A stretch of 64,000 bases of DNA, taken from contig OY762007.1 in NCBI GenBank assembly GCA_963665115.1, forward strand, positions 6,176,001 to 6,240,000, in the 5' to 3' direction. A program made the translations under genes and the position numbers. Source of the DNA: an uncultured Rivularia sp. (GTDB taxonomy: Bacteria > Cyanobacteriota > Cyanobacteriia > Cyanobacteriales > Nostocaceae). Positions 10,683 through 21,702 of the stretch are shown here, in pieces. The notes below the pieces were generated by a model. That model did no database searches. It was not told the origin of the DNA and saw nothing but the letters and a program-made list of their open reading frames with translations. How positions within the stretch are numbered: the first letter of the stretch is position 1; each line of letters opens with the position of its first letter.

Positions 10683-13571
10683 ATGAGCGAATTAGGGATA
10701 ATCACCAGCGTTTTAGAAGTAGAGGTAAAAAAAGAACTGCGTCAACACGGTATTGTTATCTGGTTGGATAAAGACGCTTATTATAGTGCATACGTGGATA
10801 CACTTATTGAACGTTATGCTAAAGGTGATTTTTTCGCTCCAGTAATTGCCTTTCGCGGTAGCTATCTAGAAATGCTACTTGCCCTAGAACTTTACTGCAA
10901 CGGGCTTGACAAGGAAAGACTGTTGATACATATGCCCGGTCACACAGAAGAAACAATTCGTAAAACCCCAATACTAGAAATTTATCACGCCGGATACCGT
11001 TTTCGTAAAGCTCTCGATACACTCATCCGCGAAGCTGCAACTGGAAAAATTAACCCCGATAATATTGAAAATTATCTCTCTCAAGGTGTTACCGAGCTAG
11101 CAACAGCCGAAACTTGGTTGCAAAAGAATCTATCCCAACCCCAAGACGGACATTTGGTAGGTTATTTACAGAATGTGGGTTTGGAGTCGCTTTTGGATGG
11201 GTTAGTAGATTCAGATGGAATAATTGACGAAGAAAAAAAATTATCTGCCAAAATTAATACAGCAGATGACCTAGATATCCTCGCAGAACATCTTTATCGT
11301 TATACGGGAATGAATCGGGAATTTTTAGATTTTTATTTAAACAAAGAAACCACTACTTTTATCAGTTTAGGTGAAGCCTTTGCCGCTTGGTTAATGTGTG
11401 TAGAATACGTCCATGATTTAACCCGTTCGCCACATCTTGATATACTAAAACCTTTAATTAAAATATCAACACCTTTGCAAAAAACTTGCGAAAAATTAAT
11501 TAATTATCTGCGACAAAGACATCCAGAAATCTACGCAGCTAAAGCATTAATTACCGAAACTCACATTGAAAAAGAATTTTTACATATCAGTCCCGAAGAC
11601 TTAGGACAAATTGATACATTCCAACGGGAAGAAACAGCAGTTTTAGACGCTGCGCTCCAAGCATTGTTAACAAACCAATTCGACAAAGCCCTACAATGGT
11701 CAAAATCCCGCATTGAATCAAATTCATTTTGGTTGGGTAGAGATAGAAATCGCCGTCAGGAATGGTCGTTAATTCAAGATGCAGCAACGTTCGGTAGTAA
11801 AATTCAAACCAGCGATACTATCAAAAATCTCCACAGTCTCCGCGAAGCTTTAGAATACTATACCCAATCCGGTTATCAAGTAGATAAAGCCCATCGTCAC
11901 TTTGAGCAACAAAGATTTAAACTCCTCGAATCCACCCTACCTCACTTTGCTCAACTTCTCGAAGTTGCAGATTTACTTCGTCAACAATACCGAACTTGGG
12001 CTGATAACCTAGCTGAAGATTTTACCAAAATTTGTACTACGGAAGGGTTTTTACCAGAAGAGAACCTCCAACAGCGCACTCTCTACGAACAAGTAGTTCA
12101 TCCCCTTACCCAAACCGATAAAAAAGTAGCTTACTTTATTATCGATGCCTTTCGCTACGAAATGGCAACCGAACTTCTCCAGGAACTCGAAAATACCAGT
12201 CCAACAGTTACATTAAAAGCCAGATATGCCGAACTACCAACCATTACATCCGTGGGAATGAATGCGATCGCGCCGGTAAATCAAGGTGGTAAGCTAATAC
12301 TAGCAGGCAAAGACGGTTTTAAAGGCTTTAAAACAGGAGAATACAGCGTCCGCACTCCTCAAGAAAGAGTCCGAGCAATGAGCGATAGAAGTACCGATAA
12401 TATTAGCAAAGGACGTAGAAGTACGCGCTCGTTAAAGCTTACTGATGTTTGCAATTATTCCACCACTAAATTAAAACAAAGCTGCGCCAATGCCAATTTG
12501 ATTGTCGTTCACAGTAAAGAAATTGACGATGCAGGAGAAGCCAATATCGGTTTAGCAACCTTTGAAACTTGGTTAACTCAAATCAAAGCCGCTTGGAACC
12601 ACTTAAAACAAATTGGTATAAATGAATTTATTTTTACAGCCGACCACGGTTTTCTTTTGCAAGACCAAACAACCCTAGAAAAACCTTATGGTACTAAACG
12701 CGACCCAAATCGGAGATACGTTTTAACTACAGAATCTCGGACAGAAGCAGGAATGACGGCAGTTTCCTTAAAATCATTAAAATATGAGGGTCAAGAAGGT
12801 TATTTACTACTGCGTAAAGATACAGCTGTATTTGCTACGGGTAATCCAGGGGCAACATTTGTACATGGTGGTAATAGTTTACAAGAACGGATTATCCCCG
12901 TATTAGCTATATCTCAGCGTCAAAATACGCACCTGACCCTTGTTAAATATTTAATCGAGACACAGCCAGAACGGGAAATGCTCGGTTACAGTCGTCTGAA
13001 GGTACGTGTCAAACCCGCTCCATTAGCCCAAGGTGTTTTGAGTTTTGCGGGAGCCAGAACAATTAATTTAGCCCTGCGGGTACCGGAACGAACCGACGTA
13101 CAAATTACCATTAAAGATGCTCCCGGCGCAGAAATTAACAATCAACAAATTCAAATTCCCGTAGAATCGGATTGGATTGAAATATTGTTTGACCTCAAAG
13201 GAAAACAAGATGAACGGGTTCGTGTAGAGGTTTTTCATCCAGATGGTATTGAAGACGTAGAAGCTACAATTCCCCAACAGTATTTTAATGTATCCGGAGC
13301 ATTATTAAAAACCGAACCAAATGAAACCCCCATTCAAGAATCAACAACCACCGATTGGCAAGATAGTTTTACAGATGAAGGTATTAAACGAGTATTCCTC
13401 CACCTGCAACAACATGATTCGATTACCGAAATCGAACTAACTCAAATACTCGGTAATGCCAGAAAAGTCCGACGTTTTTCTCTAGAATTTGAAGAATACT
13501 TGAAGAAAGTCCCCTTCTCAGTCAGGATTGAAACGACTAGCAACGGCAAACGGTATGTTAAGCAGAAGTGA
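10683..13571 (+). CDS. pglZ: BREX-6 PglZ phosphatase-domain protein
   Basis: Motifs IIDAFRYE, ELPTITSVGM, IDDAGE, TADHGF, FVHGGNSLQE. Confidence 0.9.
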   Translation: MSELGIITSVLEVEVKKELRQHGIVIWLDKDAYYSAYVDTLIERYAKGDFFAPVIAFRGSYLEMLLALELYCNGLDKERLLIHMPGHTEETIRKTPILEIYHAGYRFRKALDTLIREAATGKINPDNIENYLSQGVTELATAETWLQKNLSQPQDGHLVGYLQNVGLESLLDGLVDSDGIIDEEKKLSAKINTADDLDILAEHLYRYTGMNREFLDFYLNKETTTFISLGEAFAAWLMCVEYVHDLTRSPHLDILKPLIKISTPLQKTCEKLINYLRQRHPEIYAAKALITETHIEKEFLHISPEDLGQIDTFQREETAVLDAALQALLTNQFDKALQWSKSRIESNSFWLGRDRNRRQEWSLIQDAATFGSKIQTSDTIKNLHSLREALEYYTQSGYQVDKAHRHFEQQRFKLLESTLPHFAQLLEVADLLRQQYRTWADNLAEDFTKICTTEGFLPEENLQQRTLYEQVVHPLTQTDKKVAYFIIDAFRYEMATELLQELENTSPTVTLKARYAELPTITSVGMNAIAPVNQGGKLILAGKDGFKGFKTGEYSVRTPQERVRAMSDRSTDNISKGRRSTRSLKLTDVCNYSTTKLKQSCANANLIVVHSKEIDDAGEANIGLATFETWLTQIKAAWNHLKQIGINEFIFTADHGFLLQDQTTLEKPYGTKRDPNRRYVLTTESRTEAGMTAVSLKSLKYEGQEGYLLLRKDTAVFATGNPGATFVHGGNSLQERIIPVLAISQRQNTHLTLVKYLIETQPEREMLGYSRLKVRVKPAPLAQGVLSFAGARTINLALRVPERTDVQITIKDAPGAEINNQQIQIPVESDWIEILFDLKGKQDERVRVEVFHPDGIEDVEATIPQQYFNVSGALLKTEPNETPIQESTTTDWQDSFTDEGIKRVFLHLQQHDSITEIELTQILGNARKVRRFSLEFEEYLKKVPFSVRIETTSNGKRYVKQK

Positions 13572-13750
13572 CGGTGAGGAGTTGAGAGTTAGGAGTTAGG
13601 AGTTAGGAGTGTAGAGACGTAGCACTGCTACGTCTGTGATTGAGTTAGGAGTTAGGAATGAAGTAACAATAAACTAGTAATAAACAATAATTTAAAAACC
13701 AGAATATAAAATCAAAAACAAAAGCATCCGTTGTTAAAATCTAAAATTGT

Positions 13751-15061
13751 ATGTCTATAAAAGATATTGAAAATATTTTTGAGCGTTTGCGTTCTGGGGT
13801 TGTTCCCGAACGAGGATTAGATACATTCGCAGTGGGAATAGATAAGCAGCGAACAGAAATTAATCGTCAACTCCAACTAGCAGCAGATGGTGAAGGTGTA
13901 TTTAAATTTTTACGCGGTGGTTATGGCTGTGGTAAAACATTTATGTCCCGTTTGGCAATTCTCGATGCTCAAGCACAAGGTTTTGCTACTAGTTTTGTGG
14001 TAGTTTCTGATAACGATTTACACTTCTATAAATTCGACGATGTTTATCGTAAAGTTGTCCAAGAATTGGGTACAAATTCCTGTCCTAGAGGTGCGTTAAG
14101 CGATATTATTGACCGTTGGATAGCCCGTGTCGAAGATGCTTTAATAGCTGGTGGTGCAGACGAAAATAGCGAAGAATTTGATAATTTAGTTCAACAGCGC
14201 ATAGAAGAAGAACTTGCTTCCCTCACTGGAGGAAAAGCACCAGAAGACATGACACGAGTTCTCAGAACCATATTTACCCTCAAACAAAAAGGAGAAATCG
14301 CCGAAGCTAGCGCTTTATTATCTTGGCTTTCCGGTAGCGAAAATGTTGCAGCTGGCGCGAAAAAAGCCGCAGGTGTCAAAGGAGACATTGCTAGTAGGGA
14401 AGCCTTAGACTACTTACATGGCATCCTCGAAATTGTCAAAGCCGCTGGTTACAAAGGATTAGTAATTGTTATAGACGAAGTAGAAACCATTTTACGAATG
14501 CGTCACGATAGCCGTGGTAAATCCTTAAATGGTATTCGTCAGATTTGCGACGCTGCCGACCGCTATAAAGGTTTACTATGGATTTTTACGGGAACCCCGG
14601 AATTTTATGATACCAAACGTGGTGTAGCAGGCTTAGAACCGTTGAGCGATCGCATTCAATTTTTAAATCCTGGTGGTTTTGCAAGTCCCCGTCAACCGCA
14701 ATTAGAATTAAAACCCTTCGATGCTCGGAGATTAAAAGAAGTTGCTCTAAAGTTACGGGAAAAATACCCCACTATAAATAAAACAGCTTTAACTACCAAA
14801 GTAACGTCATACTTTATTGAGAAATTAGTTGATAAAGTAACCACAGGTTTCAAAGGAGATGTAGGAGTAGTTCCCCGACAATTTCTACGTCAGTTTGTCA
14901 ACGTGCTTGACCTAGCATCCGAAAATGACGAATATGACCCCATGAGTGCTGAAGGTTTTGAACCTAGCGAATTAAACGAAGACGAACAGCGAATTAGTCA
15001 AGGTCTTCCCTACTTCGATCCAGAACCAGAAGATGTTCAAAATTATGCTGTAGAATTCTAA
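13751..15061 (+). CDS. brxD: BREX ATP-binding protein BrxD
   Basis: LRSGVVP N-terminus, Walker A GGYGCGKT, Walker B VIDEVE; lies between pglZ and the helicase. Confidence 0.88.
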   Translation: MSIKDIENIFERLRSGVVPERGLDTFAVGIDKQRTEINRQLQLAADGEGVFKFLRGGYGCGKTFMSRLAILDAQAQGFATSFVVVSDNDLHFYKFDDVYRKVVQELGTNSCPRGALSDIIDRWIARVEDALIAGGADENSEEFDNLVQQRIEEELASLTGGKAPEDMTRVLRTIFTLKQKGEIAEASALLSWLSGSENVAAGAKKAAGVKGDIASREALDYLHGILEIVKAAGYKGLVIVIDEVETILRMRHDSRGKSLNGIRQICDAADRYKGLLWIFTGTPEFYDTKRGVAGLEPLSDRIQFLNPGGFASPRQPQLELKPFDARRLKEVALKLREKYPTINKTALTTKVTSYFIEKLVDKVTTGFKGDVGVVPRQFLRQFVNVLDLASENDEYDPMSAEGFEPSELNEDEQRISQGLPYFDPEPEDVQNYAVEF

Positions 15062-15135
15062 TCCAAAATCCCGGACATTTGCTACAACGGAGGAGACCCT
15101 CCGCAACGCAATGTCCTCAAAATCTAAAATCTAAA

Positions 15136-17247
15136 ATGTCCTCTGCCTTTGCTCGCTTTCCTCCCCGTCTTCAACAAGCGATAGTCTCGCGCTTGGGTTG
15201 GACATCTTTACGTCCAGTCCAAGAACTAGCCGGACATACATTGCTGGACGGTAAAAACGCTATTATCCTTGCTCCTACAGCCGGAGGTAAAACAGAAGCT
15301 GCAATTTTCCCCCTACTAGCTGCACTTATGCAGCACGAACCACAAGGAGTTGGAGTCATCTATATCGCACCCATTAAAGCCCTGTTAAACAACCAAGCCG
15401 AACGCTTGGGAAACTACACGGAAATGGTCGGTTTGCGACGCTTTATGTGGCATGGTGATATCAAAGGTTCGCAAAAACGTGCTTTCATTAAAGAACCAAC
15501 AGCACTTTTAATGACTACCCCCGAATCATTAGAGGTAATGCTTTTATCAGCGAAAGTGCCCCACAACAAACTATTTGCTGATTTACGTGCTGTAGTCATA
15601 GACGAAATTCATGCCCTAGCAGGTACAGACAGAGGTACTCATTTAATATCAGTAATCGAAAGATTAGCACGTTACACAAATAACGATATCCAACGTGTTG
15701 GTCTGAGCGCAACAGTAGGAAACCCAGTAAACATCTTGCATTGGCTTCAAGGTACATCCAAACGGGAAGGTTGTGTAGTAACCCCCCCAAAAACTCCTTC
15801 TAAAAAAGATTTGCGCGTTCACCTGCGAGAAACTTTGGGTGGAATTGCCCAAGAAGCCAGTCAAATTGCTCAAGGTAAAAAAAGCCTCTTTTTTTGCGAA
15901 AGCCGCTCCCTAGCTGAAGATATAGCCGAGCGGATGCGTAATCGAGGTACAGATGTATTCGTTCATCATAGCTCTGTTTCCTTAGAAGAACGCACCGCAG
16001 CCGAAGAACGCTTTCAACGTGGCAGCAATACTAGTATTATTTGTACTTCAACTCTCGAATTAGGAATTGACGTTGGCGATTTAGATTTAGTATTTCAAGC
16101 AAACGCCCCATCTACAGTATCATCATTTTTACAGCGTTTGGGACGTACCGGAAGGCGGGCAAATCAGCGAGCTAACACCACATTTTTTTGTGAAGATATC
16201 GAGACAGCTTTGCAGGCGATCGCAATTATCGAACTAGCCAAAAAAGGCTGGGTAGAATCAGTTCCCACCCAAACGCGAGCATGGGCAGTACTTGTCCATC
16301 AATTACTAGCTTTAACTCTACAATTTGGGGCTATCAGCCCGGAACGTTGCTGGGAACAATTAGCAATCGTACCAGATTTTTCAGGGATTGCAGATACCGA
16401 ATTCGAGATACTAATCAAACACATGATTCAATCAGAATTTCTGTTTCATGCAGGTGGTTTACTATCGATGGGAGACGAAGCCGAGCGGGTATTCGGACGC
16501 AAAAACTTTATGGAACTTTACGCCGTTTTTAGCAGCCCCCAACTATATAAAGTACAAACAACAGCGGGTTATACAATTGGCTCCCTAGAACAATTATTTG
16601 TTGATAAATTAGTTGCAGAAGTTAGTTCCTTTCTCCTCAGTGGCAAAGCTTGGATAGCGACACATATTAATCATCATGAGCGAACAGTTTCAGTAAATCC
16701 TGCTCCTCGCGGTAAAAAACCTATTTGGGGTGGCTTTGCTCCACAAATAATTAGCTTGGAATTGTGCCAACAGATAGCTACAATCCTCAAATCAGAAGTT
16801 AATATTCCTTACATTGATAATAAAACCCAAACTATATTAGATGAGTATCGTTCCGAACTTAAATTATTAACTAGCAATTCTATAAATATCCAAATAGATG
16901 GTGACAAAGCATTATGGTGGACATTTGCAGGAGGGCAAATTAATCACACCTTAAAATATGGTTTGCAGTTTCACCACGATTGGAAAATAGTCTCCGATAA
17001 CTTCAAGCTGAAAATTCAAGGAGACAGCATTGGTGCAGCGACTCTAGACTTGGCGATCGCTCGCACGAAAGATAGAAAATTCTGGGATAGTTCAGAAACT
17101 CAAAAATTTATTTATTCGCAGCTACCAGAATATCGTTTAAGCAAATTCCAAAGGGCATTACCTGATGTTTATTCAATAGAGATGATTCGTAACTATTTGC
17201 TAGATATAGAAGGGACAATTCAATTTTTAGAATTGCAAAATGTTTAA
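15136..17247 (+). CDS. brxHI: Lhr-like DEAD/DEAH helicase BrxHI
   Basis: Motifs PTAGGKT, TTPESLE, DEIH, SAT, QRLGRTGR. ATG 15136 preferred because the upstream extension runs through a hairpin repeat. Confidence 0.85.
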   Translation: MSSAFARFPPRLQQAIVSRLGWTSLRPVQELAGHTLLDGKNAIILAPTAGGKTEAAIFPLLAALMQHEPQGVGVIYIAPIKALLNNQAERLGNYTEMVGLRRFMWHGDIKGSQKRAFIKEPTALLMTTPESLEVMLLSAKVPHNKLFADLRAVVIDEIHALAGTDRGTHLISVIERLARYTNNDIQRVGLSATVGNPVNILHWLQGTSKREGCVVTPPKTPSKKDLRVHLRETLGGIAQEASQIAQGKKSLFFCESRSLAEDIAERMRNRGTDVFVHHSSVSLEERTAAEERFQRGSNTSIICTSTLELGIDVGDLDLVFQANAPSTVSSFLQRLGRTGRRANQRANTTFFCEDIETALQAIAIIELAKKGWVESVPTQTRAWAVLVHQLLALTLQFGAISPERCWEQLAIVPDFSGIADTEFEILIKHMIQSEFLFHAGGLLSMGDEAERVFGRKNFMELYAVFSSPQLYKVQTTAGYTIGSLEQLFVDKLVAEVSSFLLSGKAWIATHINHHERTVSVNPAPRGKKPIWGGFAPQIISLELCQQIATILKSEVNIPYIDNKTQTILDEYRSELKLLTSNSINIQIDGDKALWWTFAGGQINHTLKYGLQFHHDWKIVSDNFKLKIQGDSIGAATLDLAIARTKDRKFWDSSETQKFIYSQLPEYRLSKFQRALPDVYSIEMIRNYLLDIEGTIQFLELQNV

Positions 17248-17267
17248 TAAAGAGGGGTTATATGATA

Positions 17268-18299
17268 TAGCCTTTCTCGGTCTAATGAAGTACACTAAAT
17301 AAAATAAAGTGTGCATCTTAATTCCAGGGTAAGAATGAAAGCATATTCTATAGACTTACGCCAAAAAATAGTTGATACATATAAGCTAGGCGGAATATCA
17401 CAACGTCAATTAGCAAAAAGATTTTGTGTAACTTTAAGCTTTATTGAAAAATTACTCAAACGATACAGAGAAACGGGAAATATAGCTCCCTTAGTAAGAA
17501 CCCAACAAACTCCATCAAAACTAAATGAACAACAATTGAATATTCTGAAAGAAATAGTAGAAGCTAAGAATGATGCTACTTTATCGGAGATTCGTGAGCA
17601 ACTTAGTGAGAAGACTGGGATAAAAATTAGTATTTCTACAGTAGATAGAATCTTAAAAAGAATGGAAATTCGCTTTAAAAAAAACATTACATGCTGATGA
17701 AAAAGATACTGAAAGAGTTCAGCTATTAAGAGTTCAGTTCTGGCAACCTTCTTAATGGAGTATCTGCTGAAAACCTTATATTCCTTGACGAGGCAGGAGC
17801 CAATTTATCTTTAATAAGGAATCATGCTCGCGCACAAAAAGGTAAAAGAGCATACAGTTCTCGACCTCAAAAACGCAGTCAAAATGTTTCTATGATTGGT
17901 GCAATAGGTCTAAATGGTTTAATTAGTCAATATAGTATTTTAGGTGCAACTGATGGTCTCACATTTGAAGCTTATATCTCTCAAAAGTTAGTTCCAAAAC
18001 TTTGGGAAGATGCTTATGTAATCATGGACAATTGTTCAATTCATAAAGGTACACAGATTGAAAAATTAATTGAATCGGCTGGAGCTAAATTAATTTATTT
18101 ACCACCTTATTCTCCTGATTTTTCGCCAATTGAAAATTGTTGGTCAAAGGTTAAGAATATACTACGTTCTATTGGTGCTAGAAATTATCCAGATTTAGCA
18201 AAAGCCATTGATACTGCTTTCAGCCAAGTCTCCTTAAAAGATATTTTTAATTGGTTTACCCATTGCTGTTACTGTACTTCACTAGATTGAGAAACGCTA
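17268..18299 (+). mobile_element. IS630-family insertion sequence, copy 2 (1032 bp), inverted relative to copy 1
   Basis: Same translated ORFs, TIRs and length as 2965-3996; TA flanks. Confidence 0.95.
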
Positions 18300-18411
18300 T
18301 AATATACTCAGAAACTTCCTCCTCAACCTTTGTCGGGTCTTGTTCGTGGAAGTACACCACTGGTGCAATATTACGGGTGATATCAGCAGCAAAAATTTCT
18401 TTAATCAGCAT
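18300..18411 (-). pseudogene. brxC: 5' fragment (37 codons) of brxC
   Basis: MLIKEIFAADITRNIAPVVYFHEQDPTKVEEEVSEYI joins in frame, through the TA target, to ITGGYPEND at 3997. Confidence 0.85.
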
Positions 18412-18467
18412 AAATCGGGTAGCTATGCACGGGAAAGTAGGTAGTTTAATTCTGTATTATTTTAAAC

Positions 18468-18671
18468 GAAGTAAGAAGTAAGAAGTAAAAAGTAAGAAGT
18501 AAAAAGTAAGAAGTTAGAAGTTAGGAGTTAGAAGAACACTGCTAATTATCAATCCGTCCACAAAGTCAACTTTGAGGGGTATATCATACAAGGTTAAAAT
18601 TATTTTCTCCCCCTGCTCCCCCTGCTCCCCCTGCTCCCTCTGCTCCCTCTGCTCCCCCTGCTCCCCCTGCC
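18468..18671. repeat. Tandem 7-mer (AAGTAAG) and 9-mer (CCCTGCTCC) repeats
   Basis: Directly visible short tandem repeats. Confidence 0.75.
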
Positions 18672-18675
18672 TTTT

Positions 18676-19312
18676 TTAAGAATAAATCCTGGGTCGATAA
18701 TCCCGATCCGATGGCAATTCGCCCATAAATGATAAAGCATTTAAATCCGTTCGCATTCCCGGATATAACAACACCACTGGTAAATTACGAGTTTTACCAT
18801 CAATATGCTTGAGTAATGCTGATGACCGAAAAAAAGGATATAATCCCCCAGCCCGTCCCAGGAGAATTAAAGTGCGGTTGCTCTCAATCGGATGATTGTC
18901 AGCAAACTCATTAATTAAATCAATCACATCTTTGGCGATACCATCAGCACCCTCAATATAAAGGGCAATTTTATCTTTCAGATGATTTAAAGCGCGTTGT
19001 GGGTCTTTTGCATATAACCGATGTTCCGCACGGATAATACTTGCTAATACCCGTTCTTCCTCCTGCTTAATCCGATTTAACAACAAAAGATGTAGAGAAA
19101 TTGCCAGGACATTCCAACCTTGACCTTTGAGTTCGTCAGTTAGTTTGCGAATGCGATCGCGCAGTTTAAATTCATCGCGGGGGTCGTAGTGTAAAATACA
19201 AAATCGATAATTCCGCATCGTACTGATTTTGGGACCATTTTCATCAAGTAAATCATTCTTGAGCGATGCGATCGCGTTATCTAAAGAAGAACCATCAAAC
19301 AGCGGACCCCAT
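18676..19312 (-). CDS. brxB: BREX BrxB (DUF1788-like); probable start at 19312 with one extra G after the ATG
   Basis: LYPFFRSSALL..PVVLLYPG motif; TAATG overlap with brxA; removing one G gives MGPLFDGSSLDNAIASLKNDLLDENGPKISTMRNYRF. Confidence 0.75.
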
Positions 19313-20124
19313 TATTTATCCTCCCACTCTACGCCGAAGACTTGAATTGCCCAAGTTTTTAAATCTGGATAATTCCAGCCAAAATCGTAAAGTTCTCCCA
19401 TGCGATTAAAAGAAATACCAGATAAACGACGCAAACGCTGTTCCAGAAAACTTTCACTTAAACCCACAGAAGTAAAATAAGGATTATCTAAAACCGACCC
19501 AGTAAACTTGAGGTGACGCAAAAAATACAGCCAATAAGCTAATGCTTCATCGCTAACCTTCGGATACTGAAGCTGTCGCGTACCAGTATTATGAGTACAC
19601 AATCCACTATAGGCACAAGCACCTATTAACCCAGTCGCCATTCGTAAAGTGGTTGCCGATGACCAATCACTCTCAATTTGCCCAGTTACCCACCGAGCAA
19701 CTGTATTCCTATCAATACTGGCATTCGGTTGCTGACGGCGCTGCTCCAAAAAAAATCCCGTAAAATTACGGTATAAAGGGTCAGTTAATTGCATATGCCA
19801 ATGACAAATATTTTGGCGAGTCACGGGGTCATTCGGACACCACCGTCGCAATAATGATAGCGCTACAGGGTAAGAATCAAAACGATGATTAAGCTCAACC
19901 AGTAAACTACGAACCCTCGCCATACTTTTACTACCGAACCAACGTTCCTCAAAAGCAACAACTGCTAATTTATTTTTAGGTATATCATCTCTAGAATGTT
20001 GCCAATAAGCCCGACTTTCTTCCAAGCATAAAGAAGTACGCAGCAAGCGAGTATGGAAATCATTCTTCTCCTCGCCATAACAAACTAAATTTGTAGGTGA
20101 AGACACAATTGCTTTGGTAGTCAT
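19312..20124 (-). CDS. brxA: BREX BrxA (DUF1819-like)
   Basis: Position between brxE and brxB; HWHMQLTDPLYRNF and WSSATTLRMATGL motifs. Confidence 0.7.
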   Translation of the reverse strand: MTTKAIVSSPTNLVCYGEEKNDFHTRLLRTSLCLEESRAYWQHSRDDIPKNKLAVVAFEERWFGSKSMARVRSLLVELNHRFDSYPVALSLLRRWCPNDPVTRQNICHWHMQLTDPLYRNFTGFFLEQRRQQPNASIDRNTVARWVTGQIESDWSSATTLRMATGLIGACAYSGLCTHNTGTRQLQYPKVSDEALAYWLYFLRHLKFTGSVLDNPYFTSVGLSESFLEQRLRRLSGISFNRMGELYDFGWNYPDLKTWAIQVFGVEWEDK

Positions 20125-20129
20125 AGGGT

Positions 20130-20726
20130 TTAGGATTTTTTCAGCCGATAAAAAGGCATAGGGTAGCACTCAACCAAAGGTAAAAGCGCAGCTGCTAATT
20201 TTTTAGCACTTTCTTCCAACGCTTGGGGTATATCACCCACTATTTCCCGTCCGTTAGGAACTACTACTACCTTCACGTTTTGATTGGGAATGCGGATTGC
20301 TTGCTCAAATTCTTCCCGAGAAAATGATTTATTAGATGTTTCAAAAATATTTACGGAAATATCACTTAATGCAACTAAAGGCTCTTCCCCACTAGACTTA
20401 TGAAACGCCAACCGCTCATTTAACTGCTCGTCAACATCATATCCCCAAAAAAATATAGTTCTCACCTCATCCGGTTGAACCATTTCCTGTCGCTTGCGTC
20501 GATCCACCCCAATTGCAGCTTGACGCACGGCTTCTAAAGATGCCCATTTAAAAGTTTTCGGCAATAAACGCGCAAATAAATCCCCCCCACCGTACTCATC
20601 AATTAAATCAGTTCGCCACCAATCTAGTCGTTTTGGTTCGCAAGCACCTTCACCAGCCCAAGCAATCATCATCTGGAGAGCGAGAATTTTATCTAATATA
20701 TTGTTAGCAACTTGAACAGCAAGCAT
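20130..20726 (-). CDS. brxE: BREX-6 BrxE protein
   Basis: AWAGEG..RLDWWRTDL..GGGDLFARLLP motif; first gene of a type 6 BREX order. Confidence 0.75.
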   Translation of the reverse strand: MLAVQVANNILDKILALQMMIAWAGEGACEPKRLDWWRTDLIDEYGGGDLFARLLPKTFKWASLEAVRQAAIGVDRRKRQEMVQPDEVRTIFFWGYDVDEQLNERLAFHKSSGEEPLVALSDISVNIFETSNKSFSREEFEQAIRIPNQNVKVVVVPNGREIVGDIPQALEESAKKLAAALLPLVECYPMPFYRLKKS

Positions 20727-21026
20727 AAACTTAATTTATAAAGCCATCACTTGAAAAGTCTTTACTATATTAATGCCAACGTCAAGCACAATGCTAAGAT
20801 TACGAAACGAGATTAGATAAATTCCCCTCATAATCGATTAGCTTCTATTTGCTAATCAATAATAATTAACTTAAAATCCATACTCTCGTTTTGAAAGTAA
20901 ACTGTTAAGATATTTATTTTTGAAATATTTTAATTAATTGCGTTTTTACATCAACGTATTTCCATAGCTATTAGTTGTTAGGCAGCTTCGCTAAAATAAA
21001 ACTATTTCCCGCTGACAATATGAGTT

Positions 21027-21630
21027 ATGACATACACTCCACCCAAACTTCTGACTTTCGAGCAATTTATTACTGAGTATGGAGACAACGCCCGTTACGA
21101 ACTTATTGACGGAGAATTACGTGATATGGAACCAACTGGCCCTCATGAAGAAGTTTCAGGAAATATTGCTGGTAGAGTTTATGCTGAAATTTTTCGCTCT
21201 AATTTGAATTGGTTAATCCCAAAAACTTGTCTAATTAAACCACCCGCCTTACTAAGCAACAGCATTACGTCCAGATGTAATTGTTTTAGATAAAGAAAAG
21301 TTAAGACAAGAGCCGCTATGGGATAAAGAACCAATTATTTGTAGAGGTGATACTGTTAAATTAGTTGCGGAAGTAGTAAGTACTAATTGGCAGGATGATT
21401 ATGCTAGAAAAGTGGAAGAATATAGTTTGTTAGGGATACCCGAATATTGGATTATTGATTTTCGTGCTTTAGGTGGTTTGCAGTTTATCGGCAACCCCAA
21501 ACAACCTACTTTTACCGTATGTCAATTAGTTGATGGTATATATCAACAGCAAAAATACCGTTTAGGAGATGTGATTTCTTCTTATTTATTTCCAAATTTA
21601 CAATTAAAACTTGATGATGTTATGCCGTAG
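21027..21630 (+). CDS. Uma2-family endonuclease (frameshift near 21256)
   Basis: YELIDGEL..PTGPHE, then RPDVIVLD, LVAEVVSTNWQDDY and GIPEYWIID in the shifted frame. Confidence 0.85.
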
Positions 21631-21702
21631 TTTAGGAAGGTAATTGCTTTCCTAAAAACTATCCTAATCATCCTTATGTTGATATCTAAAAATATTTAAA
21701 TC

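Noticed and set aside
13611..13635. GTAGAGACGTAGCA.TGCTACGTCT palindrome (also about 55807, 62788 and degenerate at 46173) as an operator
   Set aside because: Position is unrelated to promoters; looks like a common cyanobacterial REP-like repeat.
13578..13660. Repeat tracts as a possible CRISPR array (also 18468-18671 and 42865-42996)
   Set aside because: Short tandem 7-9-mers without unique spacers; no cas genes.
15079..15135. N-terminal extensions of brxHI, and likewise atpA (53965) and the MBL gene (63171)
   Set aside because: They run through hairpin or STRR repeats; downstream ATGs fit the families better.
18251..18481. Plus-strand 76-aa ORF
   Set aside because: Spans the IS end and the antisense of the brxC 5' fragment.
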